Assembly: GCA_052327205.1 (NCBI GenBank)
Contig: CM126231.1
Location: forward strand, 8,246,001-8,310,000
Direction of reading: 5' to 3'
Source: Somniosus microcephalus
Taxonomy: Eukaryota
DNA length: 64,000 bases
Shown: positions 23,124 to 35,820 of the stretch, in pieces
Layout: every line of letters starts with the position of its first letter
Position numbering within the stretch: position 1 is the first letter of the stretch
Position numbers and translations under genes: made by a program
The notes under the pieces: generated by a model
The model's input: only the letters and a program-made list of their open reading frames with translations
Database searches by the model: none
Told to the model about the DNA's origin: nothing

Positions 23124-23483
23124 CAACACAACTGACCCACTCCAGTCAGACGAGCCTAGACTGCAGCCAACACAACTGACCCACTCCAGTCAGACGAGCC
23201 TAGACTGCAGCCAACACAACTGACCCACTCCAGTCAGACGAGCCTAGACTGCAGCCAACACAACTGACCCACTCCAGTCAGACGAGCCTAGACTGCAGCC
23301 AACACAACTGACCCACTCCAGTCAGACGAGCCTAGACTGCAGCCAACACAACTGACCCACTCCAGTCAGACTAGCCTAGACTGCAGCCAACACAACTGAC
23401 CCACTCCAGTCAGACGAGCCTAGACTGCAGCCAACACAACTGACCCACTCCAGTCAGACGAGCCTAGACTACAGCCAACACAA
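23124..23483. repeat. 44-bp tandem repeat, 8 full units plus a partial: CAACACAACTGACCCACTCCAGTCAGACGAGCCTAGACTGCAGC
   Basis: Units start at 23124, 23168 ... 23432; I saw only two substitutions in the array, and there are no spacers. Confidence 0.97.
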
Positions 23484-23549
23484 AAAAACCTACAGCTCTT
23501 TCATTGGGTCCTGAACAAGTGCTCCCTTTATTTCTTTTTGGCTTTTTTT

Positions 23550-24185
23550 TTTATTCGTTTATAGGATGTGGACATCGCTGGCAAGGCCGGCATTTATTGC
23601 CCATCTCTAGTTGCCCTTGAGAAGGTGGTGGTGAGCCGCCTTCTTGAACCGCTGCAGTCCGTGTGGTGAAGGTGCTCCCACAGTGCTGTTAGGGAGAGAG
23701 TTCCAGGATTTTGACCCAGCGAAGATGAAGGATCGGCTGATATATTTCTAAGTCAGGATGGTGTGTATGACTTGGAGGGGAACTTGGAGGTGGTGGTGTT
23801 CCTATGCGCCTGCTGCCTTTGTCCTTCTAGGTGGTAGAGGTCGCGGGTTTGGGAGGTGCTGCCGAAAAAACCTTGGCGAGTTGCTGCAGTGCATCTTGTA
23901 GATGGTGCACACTGCAGCCACGGTGCGCCGGTGGTAGAGGGAGTGAATGTTTAAGGTGGTGGATGGGGTGCCAATCAAGCGGGCTGCTTTGTCTTGGATG
24001 GAGTCAAGCTTCTTGAGTGTTGTTGGAGCTGCACTCATCCAGGCAAGTGGACAGTATTCCATCACACTCCTGACTTGTGCCTTGTAGATGGTAGAAAGGC
24101 TTTGGGGAGTCAGGAGGTGAGACACTCGCCGCAGAATACCCAGCCTCTGACCTCGTGTTGCCACAGTATTTATGTGGCTGGTCCA
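23550..24185 (-). mobile_element. Second CR1-group LINE family (Zenon/Crack-like C-terminus), 3' fragment
   Basis: ORF 23802..24164 has YKAQVRSVMEY..AW and [19 protein letters not shown]. The exact clade is uncertain. Confidence 0.8.
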
Positions 24186-24727
24186 GGCTTAATTTAATCT
24201 TAGCCATGGTTTCAATCCCAACTATTTCACTTTGTCTTTTTCCTTGTTCGTTCAGACTTAGACACCCCCCTCGGTGATACAGACAGCACAAGCGCTGTGG
24301 AGGGGGGGGGGGGAAAACCTTGCATTTATACAGAGTGCGGTAACTGACACACCACTAGTCAATTAACTCACATCAGCCACCATTGGTTTTCTGAAAATGA
24401 TCTCCTTTTGTTAATTGAATATTTTAATTACACAAGGCCCATGGGCAATTCTTTTGAGGAAGTGGCCAATTTTAATGGAGAGACAGGACCAAGAACCAAT
24501 TGCATTGAGGACGCGCTGCCTGGTTTTAATGGTGTCCATGTGGAAGGTATTAGCTGTGGTGGGTTTTTATGTCTGGTGTTGTTGAAAGTCATCACCTGCA
24601 GAACAGGACTCCTTAAAGGGACCACTTCCTTCACGGCAAACTTAATTAGAGAAGGCGGAAGAGCTCGGGGTCGTTTTCTTCACATCGACCTTAAGTGCAA
24701 ACTTCAACTCTTCAGGATTCATGATTG

Positions 24728-25185
24728 AAGCAATATGTGCCTCCCTCCGACGATGACGTGATCGCCGTGTACAACGCAGTGCCCCCGACCTACCGCCAGA
24801 CGCCATGTCCGAGTGGCGTTTTTGTGGCCGGGGCGGCGATAATTAAAGGGCAGCTGCCGGGCGGCCTTTTTCTTTGGGCCGCCTGCCAGCACCCGCCCCT
24901 CTGGCCTCCTCCTGCGGGGTGCCGGCCACGATCGGTCAGCCTGGCGCTCCTCTTGAGTGTTGGGCTCTTTTGCCGGCACCCCGGGGGTCCTGAGGGGCCC
25001 CGGTGCGCGCTGCGCTAGGCCCCTCCCCTTTAATCAGGGGAGGGAGGCATGTAGTACCGCGGCGCTACGTGCCGACGTGTGTGGCACTGCTGCACGTAGC
25101 GCTGCGATATTCAATGGGAGCGCCCCAAGAGGGAGGGGAAGCGCTTCCAGTAGCGCCCCAAAGGAAGCACGAGCCAATATTCCCT
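24728..25185. mobile_element. GC-rich Harbinger-like element (family B), truncated
   Basis: Interior collinear with 19150-19530 and 13600-13770. Confidence 0.75.
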
Positions 25186-25194
25186 TATAACTTG

Positions 25195-25556
25195 AAAGAT
25201 TTGCCTTTTATACAGCACCTTTCATAACCTCAGGACGACCCAAAGCATTATTACACCCAGTGAAGTACTTTTGAAGTGTAGTCACTGTTGTATTGTAGGA
25301 AACATAGCAGCCAATTTGCGCACAGCAAGCTCCCACAGACAGCAATGTGATAAATGACCAGATAATCTTTTACGGCCACCTGAGAGAACAGACGGGGCCC
25401 CTGTTTAATGTCACATCCGAAAGACGCCGCCTCCGACAGTGCAGCACTAAGAGTGTCAGCCTAGATGTTGTGCTCCAGTCCCTGGCGTGGGACTTGAACC
25501 CACAACCTTCTAGACTCAGCAGGCAAAAGTGCTACCCACTGAGCCACAGCTGACAC
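25195..25556 (-). mobile_element. Deu-domain SINE with internal deletions
   Basis: Head, part of the core and the tail are on the minus strand. Confidence 0.82.
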
Positions 25557-26702
25557 TGAAGGCCAGCTACCTCAACACAGGCTTGAAAGGAGACACGGCG
25601 ATAGCTGGGGACTAGTTGAAAGGCTGTTTTACAATTAGCGGCAGCCAGTTTTCAAACGCTGCGTTAGCTGCACTCTCGGCCATGGATAATGTACCTGCCG
25701 AAAGAGACCCAACTGAGGAAATTGGGAAAATGGAAGAAAATATGGGAAAGAGTAAGAACCATTAGCTCAGGAAAAGGATATGAAGCAGCTGTCAGCAAAA
25801 CGCCATGGACAGTAGATGCATTTTTTTGCAAAAGAACTATGAATATTTTGAACGGAATGGGGCTAGCGAGTTTGTAACTTTGCCAAACTAAACAGTGTTG
25901 TTATATAAGTTCCCTGGTTGACATCTGGTTTTATCCTTTGAGAAGTGAAGTGGACAGTTTTGATTGATGGCTCTTTACTTTAAAAAAACTTTTTCATTCT
26001 TTCAAATTTTCTCCTCCCAAATTATCTTCCTTTTCAACATTCCAAGTGTTACTTCTTGATTGTGAGGATTAACCGAGACCGTCACATTTTCAAAGACAAC
26101 ATGATGTGTGTCCTTGATTGACCCATATATGGAGATGCGGGGTCAAGCCTGGGTCCTCCCACGGACCAGATGGCTGCGATTAGCAACCGCGTCTTTTGGG
26201 AAATGTTGGGAGGAGTGAAGACCAGGCTGTCAACAAGGGTGTCCAGTCAGGAGACCAATAATCTAACAATTGCAGCTGCTTGCCGTCCCTGGATGTCTCG
26301 CTACGAGTCAAAATGACTGCTCTCAGTGAGCACCGGGTGGGGGGAGGGGCGGGGGGGTGATTGAGAGGGGTAGGGAGGTGAGTGGGGGCGTGGGGGGAGT
26401 TGAACAGCGGTGGGATGGAGGAGCTGAGTGAGGCAAGAAAAGAAAACCATTCAGAGTTCAGCCTTGGTGGGTGGGGGGTGGTGGGGGTGAACCTAATGTG
26501 CGGGCTGATCGTGTCACAGCTAGCTTAAATAAAAAAACATTTCAAAGAAGATGCAAGGATGTGTTTTCCAGATGATCAAGAATAAGGCCATTGTTAAGAC
26601 TGCTGGCACACTGACCTGATGCGTGACACATTTACAGGGGGAAGACCTGAAAACGGAGATGGCAAAGGTGTTACATTTGGTTTAGAATATAACACCATGA
26701 TA

Positions 26703-27156
26703 AGAAAAGAAATACTTGCATTTATATAGCGCCTTTCATGACCTCAGGTTGTCTCAAAGCACTTTACAGCCAATGAAGTACTTTTTGAAGTGTAGTCACT
26801 GTTGTAATGTAGGAAATGCAGCAGCCAATTTGCGCACAGCAAGCTCCCACAAACAGCAATGTGATAATGACCAGATAATCTGTGTTTGGATGCTAATTGA
26901 GGGATAAATATTGGCCAGGACACTGGGGAGAACTCCCCCTGCTCTTCTTCAAAATAGTGCCATGGGATCTTTTACATCCACCTGAGAGGGCAGACTCGGT
27001 TTAATGTCTCATCCAAAAGATGGCACCTCCAACAGTGCAGCACTCCCTCAGCGAGTGTCAGTCTAGATTTTTGTGCTCAAGTCTTATGGAGGGGACTATG
27101 AACCCACAACCTTCTGACTCAGAAGGCAAGAGTGCAACCCACTGAGCCACGGCTGA
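26703..27156 (-). mobile_element. Full-length Deu-domain SINE (SacSINE1-like)
   Basis: Same structure as 19822-20274. Confidence 0.9.
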
Positions 27157-27378
27157 AATGGCCATTGGCCCCCTTGAAGCTCATCCCTCTACTACACCAA
27201 CTCTTCCATCCTACCATCCAGTTGCATTTGAACAACCAATGATTTTTATGTCAATGTTACTTTGCCTGGAAAATCATTCCAATCATGTCTCACTCTTTTT
27301 GCGACTTAAGCTTTTCCCAATACCAATTTTGAATTTTACCCTTCACCAATTTAATGTTATTTCCTACTTTTCTGTTTT

Positions 27379-27500
27379 CTATGGGGATCGGGCAGGAAAG
27401 TGGAGTTGAGGGTCAAAGATCAGCCATGATCTTATTGAATGGCGGAGCAGGCTCGAGGGGCCGTATGGCCGACTCCTGCTCCTACGTCTTATGTTCTTAC
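27379..27500 (+). mobile_element. CR1 3' tail only
   Basis: atggggatcgggcaggaaagtggagttgag...cctgctcc..ttatgttctta. Confidence 0.85.
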
Positions 27501-28329
27501 TCTACAGCAATAATTTGGTTTTACATTATCTGAATCATTTAATATTTTATAAACCTTAATAATGTCCCTTCTTTCATGACTGTAGATTTTGAGCTTTTTT
27601 CGGTTGCCATGGTTTATCCCACTATACCCTTGGGATTAACTGTTTCAGTGGGTTAACACTTCCATTAAGAGAGGAATTACAGAAGCTTATATTCACACTG
27701 TGTCATTTCATGTTCCATTTTTCCTCAATTAATTCCAGGAATACATTCCAGTCAAATTGTTTGTTTGTCCCTCATTCCTCTGAAGTTTGCAGTTTTTTAA
27801 ACCATAGATTGCTGACTTGATCCTCTCTGGTACTGATTGGTAGATAATCTTCAATTTGCTCATACTGTGGTCACCTACTGTGGTGCCCAGAGGCCCTACT
27901 TCTCTATAATGGACTCATCCTGATTGCTCCTAATAACCAGGTCTAGTTACGAATGACCCCATTTGGGGAGGGGGGGTCATCAACATTAATTGAGTCAAAC
28001 ATCACTTTCACTGGTTGTGATTTCATTGCCTCACATCCAATGCATCAGGGGGCAGAGGTTGAAAGTGGAGAAAGGAAAATTTAGGACAGATGTCACTTTT
28101 TCACCGGAAGATTGATCGCTCTTTGGTAGGCTATAGGAGACAAAAACTTTAGACTCATTCAAGAATCTGATAGATGAGGTGGCGAGGGAGCGTGGAACTT
28201 CTAATCTGGACGGGTGAGCATAGATGAGTCCAGTGAACTCTATGGCACAGCTCTGTCCTGGTTCCGCTCAATCCAGTTACATTGAAGAGATTGCATTGCC
28301 TCCAGTGGCTTCTCCGCCACTGCCCGCTT

Positions 28330-29280
28330 GGTCAGCTCTGGAGGTTCCCTCCTCAGTCACCCCTTTCCTCATCTCGGCAACATCGTCTGGAAGTTTCCAC
28401 ATGTACATCATCAACCCTCAACTTTATCTCTTCATCATTGCCACAATCTCCAATTGCCTGTCTGACATTAAGAGCTTCCAGCAGCTGAATGCCATCAAAA
28501 CAGAAGCCACCTCTTTCGCTATAACCAACACCAACATCCTATGGGACATTGACTCCATCAAGGATCCCACAGGATGTTGGCGTTGCTTGCCACCTCACGC
28601 CAGGTGCGGTGATGGGGAATCTTGTTATCAGGTTGCCAGACCCTGACATGAGCTTCATCCAACTCTGCAATATCGTGGTCTCCGCCCCACCTCTCCGCAC
28701 TGTTGCCACAACCCTCGTCCACGCCTTCAAACTGAAGCTTGACTTTTCTGAGCTGACCTTCCTTCCTCCACGCTCCACAATTCATTCAGAATGTTGCAGC
28801 TTGTGCCCCCACTCGCACAATGTCTCCCCTCCCCTTCCCCCTTCGCCCCCCCCCGCCAATTCCTCTCCAAGTTCCATTAGCTCTCCATGCCGCAGAAAAT
28901 TGACTTCAAGATCATTGTCTTTGCTTTTACATTCCTCAAGGCCTTGCCCCTCACCACCCTACTTCACCAATCTCCCCCAATCTTGGCGTATCTCCACACA
29001 CCCTCCACTGCCCTTGAGTCCTGGTTAATCCTTGTTCTTCGCACCCTTTGCTGCACCATCCATGGCCACTCTTTTAGTCACGACATTGCTACCTTCTGGA
29101 TTGGCCCCGAGATCCCTCGCACTCGGTGTGAAAGGGTTTCTCTTTGACTAAGCTTTCACTCCCTTCTTCCCAAATTTTCCACTCTCTTCCTTTCACTACT
29201 ATTCGGTATACCCTACTTTGTGAATCGCTTTGAGACATCCATCTGTAACACAAAAATCGCCTTAGAAATGTAAATTAGTT
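28330..29280 (+). mobile_element. Ancient degenerate L2 LINE fragment
   Basis: Residual peptides ISNCLSDIKS..QLNAIKTEA, TTLVHAF..KLDFS and IDFKII occur in order; decayed L2 tail at 29220-29275. Confidence 0.7.
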
Positions 29281-29365
29281 ATTAATTCCATTCAATTTTC
29301 TATCAAAGCTACAATCTAGTGGCCTCTGTAATTAAAGTCTTAGCCTCTTCTCGTTCCTTGACACA

Positions 29366-29832
29366 GTGTCAGCCGTGGCTCAGTGGGCAGCACCCTCACC
29401 TCTGAGTCAGAAGGTTTGTGGGTTCAAGTTCCCACTCCAGAGATGTGAGCACATAAAGCTAAGCTGAAACTCCAGTGCCATGCTGAGGGAGTGCTGCACT
29501 GTCAGAGGTGCTGTCTTTCGGATGAGACGTTAAACCGAGGTCCCGTCTGCTCTCTCAGGTGGATATAAAAGATTGCCGGCACTATTTCAATATAGAGCAG
29601 GGGAGTTAATCCCGGTGTTCTGGCCAATATTTATCCCTCAACCAACATAACAAAAACAAATTATCTGCTCATTATCACATTGCTGTTTGTGGGACCTTTG
29701 CTGTGTGCAAATTGGCTGCTGTGTTTCCCACAGTGATTACACTTCAAAAGTACTTCATTGGCTGTAAAGTGCTTTGAGACGTCTGGTGGTTGCGAAAGGC
29801 GTTATAGAAATGCAAGTCGTCGTCTTCTTCTT
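29366..29832 (+). mobile_element. Full-length Deu-domain SINE (SacSINE1-like)
   Basis: gtgtcagccgtggctcagtggg head, B box, Deu core and tail. Confidence 0.9.
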
Positions 29833-30237
29833 CATAGAAGATAGGAGCAGGAGTAGGCCATTCGGCCCCTTGATCCTGCTCTGCCATTTAATGAGATCAT
29901 GGCTGGTCATCCAAATTCATTACCCTGTCCCTGCTTTCTCCCTTGATCCCTTTAGCCTTAAGAAATATATCTAACTCCTTCTTGAATATATTTAATGAAT
30001 TGGCCTCAATTGCCTTGTGTGGTAGAGAATTCCACAGGTTCACCACTCTCTGGGTGAAGAAATTCCTCCTCATCTCTGTCCTAAATGGCTTACCCCTTAT
30101 CTTTAGACTGTGACCCCTGGTTCTGGACTACCCCGCCATCGGGAACATCCTTCCTGCATCCAGTCTGTCTAGTCCTGTTAGAATTTTATAAGTTTCAATG
30201 AGATCCCCTCTCATTCTTCTAAACTCCAGCGAATAGA
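29833..30237 (-). mobile_element. CR1 (HER1-like) 3' fragment, tail-to-tail with the SINE
   Basis: Reverse complement of 4305-4716. Confidence 0.9.
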
Positions 30238-30792
30238 AGGTCTACCTCTTAAGAACTCAGCGGGGGTAGTCCATGAGGACATCTAGACTCCACTAGAGTA
30301 GGATTAAAATATGAGTCCTTTGACCAGCTTCTGTGGCGCAAAGCCACATCTTTTTTGTCCCGTGGCACGTGCACGGAGACCCTCAATACGCCAATTACCG
30401 AACAGCCACATTTAATGTCAATTGTGGACAATTCCAGGCATCACACTTGAGGAAAGATGTAAAGACCTGAGAAAGGGCACCAGAGGAGGTTTACCAGGAT
30501 GTTACCAGTGACATGGGACTTCAGTTATGAGGAGAGGTTGGAAAAGTCAAGCCTGTTCTCCTTGGCACAGAGAAGGTTAAGAGGTGGCCTCATAGAGGTT
30601 TTCAAGATGTTGAGGGGTTTTGACAGAGCAGAGAGAAAGGTTGTTCCCTCTGGCGAGTGGGTCAATAACCAAAGATCACAGACTTAAAATCATTGGCACA
30701 TTGAGGGGAGATGAGGAGAATATTTTTCACTCAGAGAGTCATGGGGATCTGGAACGCTCGACCTGAAAAGGTGGTGGAAGCTGATTCCATCA

Positions 30793-31556
30793 ATGGCCCA
30801 GAAATTCGGGTCGGGGGTTTCCCGTGGGTGTAAGCCCCTGACCTGCACTTACCTAGCGTGCCGGCCATTGAGCTGTGGGCCCGCGTGGGGTTCTGATCCT
30901 GGGCGTCCTCCAACTGCCGGCACGCAGTGCTTGCGTATCCCAGGGGTGCAGGTAGTTCGATGCGACATCTGGGATCACGTGGGCCATGGAGAGCCAATGG
31001 TAGCAGGGAATGCTTCATTCATAAGTTTGACAGGAAGAGCTGTCAAACCTATAAATACTATAAGCCCCAAAACATCACTAAAACTTCAAATACATTTTTT
31101 AAAAAACATCACATTTTTAAAATAACTATAAATTACATGAAATAACTATTTTAAACAATAATTTAAATTTTTGGAAAAATGAATTACATTTTCTAACGGG
31201 GCTAAAAATAAACTTACCTTTCTTTAAAGTATTTAAAAATAATAAACCTGTGGAAAAAATGTTTTAATTTTAATTAATTCACCACTTACCTTGTTAAAAG
31301 CAGGCCTTGCGCCTGCTTTTTAAAAGTGTAACTGCTGGAGACTTACCCTCCCGGAGAAACCTGCAAAAAAAACGTGTTCGATGCGCACGCGCTGCCTCTC
31401 CGGCGCACGTGTTCGACCTCTGAACCCTTTTCAGGGGAATGGAAGTGCCGGTTTCCCACGCATGTGCAGTGCAATCACGAAACCGGCACTTTCGTTGGGC
31501 GTACGGGTGAGTACCCCGTGCGTACTCACGCATTGGGACCCGAATTTCTGGGCCAT
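30793..31556. mobile_element. Non-autonomous TIR DNA transposon (Harbinger-like family A)
   Basis: Perfect 20-bp TIR ATGGCCCAGAAATTCGGGTC / GACCCGAATTTCTGGGCCAT, GC-rich arms and an AT-rich centre; inverted homologue of 454-1798. Confidence 0.85.
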
Positions 31557-31574
31557 TAATAATTTTAAAAGGGA

Positions 31575-31752
31575 TAGCAAAATATTGCAGATGCTGGAAA
31601 TCCGAAATAACAACAGAAAATGCTGGAAAAACTCAGCAGGCCAGGCAACATCCGTGGAGAGAAATTCTTGATAAAGGGTTTTGACTCGAAACGTTGACTC
31701 TAATTTCTCTCCACGGATGTTGCCTGGCCAGCTGAGTTTTCCCAGCATTTTC
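31575..31752. mobile_element. Short fold-back Penelope-derived insertion with 15-bp TSD
   Basis: Direct repeat TAATTTTAAAAGGGA at 31560-31574 and 31753-31767; inverted arms at 31616-31666 and 31702-31752. Confidence 0.85.
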
Positions 31753-33242
31753 TAATTTTAAAAGGGAGTTGGACAGGTACTCGAGGATGAGGAACTCACA
31801 GGGTTACGGACAAAGAGCATGACTGATCTTTCAAAGAGCCGGCACAGGCACGACGGGCCGAATGGCCTCCTCCTGCGCTGTAAGTTTCGACGATTCTATG
31901 GAGAGCCCCGATTGAGGCTTTGATCTCCCAACCCCACACACAACGGAGGTAGGCCGTCAAATGAAAACGTTGCGGCAAATCTCGAGAAAAAATGAAAGCC
32001 TCAATTCGCTTGTGGAGCCACCCTGCCTTGTGCAGCGAGAGCGCCTCCCCGGCAAACAGCCCCGGGCACATTCTTCCACTGGTACCAGAGCACGACAGCT
32101 GTGTGCGGCCTCGAGCGCTTGTTGGCTGGAAACATCTGGCACCATTCCGACTGGATGACGACGGAACCACTGCCGCCATGCTCGGTGTGTGAGGTAGTCT
32201 CGATCAACAACAAAAATGAACATAGCTGAAGACAAAAAGGAGAGTGAGGTGGGGGGTCGTGGGGCGGTATGTTATTTCCCACTATGTTGCCATCAGATGA
32301 GGTATTTATAAACAGTATACATTGCACTGAACCTTCAAAGAGTGACGTCTAACAGAGCTGTGTCAGTGCATGGGGCCCGAGTAGCATTCAGACAAAGGAA
32401 AAGAACCTCAGGTTTCTTGCTGATTTGGCAGATTCATCTCTGCTGAGCATCCCGTCAAGCTGCCTGCAGTCAGCCGTCTTGCTTTAATTAGTGTCTGACT
32501 GCTGCCTGCAGACGCTGGGGTGAGTCTCAGTGAAAGCACAGCCCCAGCATAGCACGAACAGAGCTCTTGGGCGGCAGCCAACTGTACTGCACTGTACCGG
32601 GTTTAACCCTCATTGGCCCAGGTTGGGAGCGTTTTTTTTTTTTCCGCAATCTCGCTTTTCAAATGAATTGCCATCGAGTGTTAATCATCGAGTGAAAGTC
32701 AAGGCTCACAACTCAGCCAAAGGTTGAGGGTAGTGCGGTTGATGCTGTGTATATGGACTTGCGAGCCGTTTGATTACGTACCACAAAATAGACCTGTTGG
32801 CAACATTGAAGCCCATGGGATTAAAGGGGCAGCGGCAGCTTGGATACAAAATTGGCTGAGGGAACAGAGAGCAGAGAGCAGTGGTGAACGGTTGCTTTTC
32901 TGACTGGAGGGAAGTGTACAGTGGTGTCCCCCAGGGGTCGGTACTGGGACCACTGCTCTTTTTGTTATATATTAATGGCTTGGACCTGGGTATACGGGGC
33001 ATCATTGCAAAGTTTGCAGATGACATGAAACTCGGAAATGTCGTAAACAGTGAGGAGGATAGTAACAGACTTCAGGAGGACATAGACAGACTGGTGAAAT
33101 GGGCAGACACACGGCAGATGAAATTTAATGCAGAGAAGGGTGAAGTGATGCATTTTGGAAGGACGAATGAGGAGAGGCAATATAAACCGAAGGGTACAAT
33201 GTTAAATGGGGTGCAGGAACAGAGAGACCTGGGGGGTTTATG

Positions 33243-34745
33243 AACATACGAACAATGACGGAGAGGTAAAGACCCTCTGGTCCACCGAGTCTGTCCCACA
33301 CAATTACCATACCTTGCGTATCACAACATCTACGCTCCGCCCCACCCGAAACCATGTGATCTCCTGAGAGAGGCGTAAAACCAGATGAAAAAAACCAGGC
33401 CAATTTGGGGAAAAAAAATCTGGGGAATTCCTCTCCGACCCATCCAGGCGATGGAAACGAGTCCAGGAGCTCACTCTGGCCCTAAATTCCCTGCAGTGCT
33501 GACCTTCTGTAAGAGGCGATCTCCGCCCCAGCCAGAAACAGGTCCAGCTCTCGCTTGAAGGAATTCAGCGAGTCCACGTCCGCCACACGAGACAGCAGCC
33601 TATTCCACAGGTCCGCTATTCTCTGGGAGAAGAGCCACCTCCTGACATCGAACCTGGATCTTATGCAACTTAAAAATTGTGACCCCTGGTCCTCCCCAAC
33701 CTATTTAATTGAAACTGGAAAACAATCTATTCCCTTCATTATCTTAAAAACCTCAATCAGATCCCCTCTAGGTCTACGCTTCTCTAAAGTGTAGAGTCCC
33801 ACCTCTTTTAGCCTATCTTGATAACTAAGATGCTTTAGACTGGGAATTAGTCCAGTGGCTCCTCCTCTGCACCCTCTCCAAAGCCTCAATATCACCCACC
33901 ATGTGAGGAGACCAAAACTGGACGCAGTATTCCAAGTGTGGCCCCTGACTAAGGTCTTGTACCAGGACAAAACAGCGCATCTCGTCTTGTACTCAGTTGT
34001 CCAATGGATACATCCCAACACCCTATTTGCTCAAGCTATCATTTACGGCATTGCTCATGTACCTTTAAGGATGTACGCACTAGAATGCCCAAATCTCTTT
34101 CTATCTCCACCATCTTTAATGCCTTTCCCTGAAGGGTGTATGAATGTTGAGCATTTGCCCGCTTGCATAACACTGCACTTATCTAAGTCATACATCATTT
34201 GCCAGTCTTGAGCCCAATCTCCCAACACATTACGATCTGCCTGAAGCAGACGAGCATCGTCTACAGTCCTCGCACTTGCACAGATCTTGGTATCATCTGC
34301 AAATTTGCAGATTGTGTCCCCAACACCATACATCCAGATCATTCATAAAAATAGCAAAGAGCAACGGTCCCAACACCAATCCCCGCGGGACACCACTGGG
34401 GACCGGTCTCCAAACAGATCCAAATCCATCCAGAACTATTTTTGCCAACGTCCTGCCAGCCAGTTTTGAATGCAGCTCAGTATATTACCACTAATACCAG
34501 AGGCTCCGATCTTAGAGAGAAGCCTCTTGTGCGGAACCTTATCAAAATCTTTTTGGAAGTCTAAGTAGACAATGTCAACTGGACTTCCCTCATCCACCTA
34601 CTTTGTAACTTCGTTAAAAAATACAATTAGATTTGTAAGACATGACCATTTTATGAAGCCGTGTTGGGTGTCCCTAATATCTCCCTCTCTATCCAAGTAT
34701 TCATACTTTGTATCCCTAATGATTCCGTCAAGCATCTTGCCTATT
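33243..34745 (-). mobile_element. CR1 (long-UTR subfamily) with degenerate RT, nested in the opposite orientation
   Basis: ORFs 34055..34342 (KFADDTKI) and 33701..34021; its UTR is related to 14320-14480. Confidence 0.85.
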
Positions 34746-34832
34746 ACGTACACAAAGCTTTGAAGGTGGCAGGACAAGCTGAGAGCGCTGTTAAAAAAGC
34801 ATACGGAATTCTTGGCTCTATGAATAGAAGCA

Positions 34833-35480
34833 TGGAGGGAAAATTCGGTCGCGCCCCCTTTGGGGTGATAACTTCGCCGGGGCGCTACTTTTAGCGGCCC
34901 GAATAAGTTAGCGCCCCCGTGCCCCTAGCAGGAGGCGGGGCGCTACTGGAAGCGCTCCCTCTCCCTCTTGGGGCGCGCCCATTGAATATCGCGGCGCTAC
35001 GTGCAGCAGCGCCACACGCGTGTCGGCACATAGCGCCGTGGTACTACAGGCCTCCCTCCCCTGCTGGACCACCGGAGAGCGGAGTGCCGGGCAAACAGCC
35101 CGGCACTCGAGCAGCACCGGGCTGACCGATCGCAGCCGGCACCCCACAGGAGGAGGCCAGAGGGGGCGGGTGCTGGCAGGCGGCCCAAAAAAAATGGACA
35201 CCCGGCACCTGCCCTTTAATTATCGCCGCGGCCACAGAAACGCCCCCCTGACCCTATCGGACATATCGTCTGACGGTAGGTCAGGGGGCGCGAGCCAAAT
35301 TTGTGGCCAGGCCACGAGCGGGACGCTGCGCACGGAGATGATGTCATCACCGGAGGCGCAGGACCACGGGGAGCTTCTGGCTACCGCCACAGCTAACCTC
35401 CCGCTGGATTTCGCAGGAGGCAGTTAGTGGCGCCCCTTGGGGTGCTAACGGGAGGCGCAAGGCAACTGAGTTTATCCCCC
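34833..35480. mobile_element. GC-rich Harbinger-like element (family B)
   Basis: Termini GGAGGGAAAATTCGGT / ACTGAGTTTATCCCCC; it interrupts the CR1 sequence agaagcat|tgagtgcaag with a 2-3 bp duplication. Confidence 0.82.
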
Positions 35481-35820
35481 ATTGAGTGCAAGAGCAAGGA
35501 AGTTTTGCTGAACCTTTATAAATCACTCATTCGGTCTCAGCTGAATTATTGTGTCCAGTTCTGGGCACCGCACTTTAGGAAGGATGTCAAGGCCTTGGAG
35601 AGGGTGCAGAGGAGATTTACTAGAATGGTACCGGGGATGAGGAACTTCAGTTACGTGGAGAGACTGGAGAAGCTGGGGTCGTTCTCCTTAGAGCAGAGAA
35701 GGTTAAGGGGAGATTTAATCGAGGCGTTCAAAATTATGAGGGCTTTTGACTGAGTAAATAAGGAGAAACTGTTCCCAATGGCAGAAGGGTCGGTAACCAG
35801 AGGACACAGATTTTAAGGTA

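Larger units (their letters stand above)
30420..31900 (+). mobile_element. CR1 3' fragment interrupted by insertions at 30793-31556 and 31575-31752
   Basis: ORF 30499..30687 is a CR1 peptide; the sequence resumes at aaaagggagttggac (31760). Confidence 0.8.

Noticed and set aside
23124-23483. CRISPR-like regular repeat
   Set aside because: The units are contiguous with no unique spacers, there are no cas genes, and the context is vertebrate. It is a simple minisatellite.
31957-32327. Possible minus-strand exon (acceptor-like cctttttgtcttcag near 32226-32240, several overlapping ORFs)
   Set aside because: No recognisable protein in any frame and no convincing donor; it cannot be supported without transcript data.
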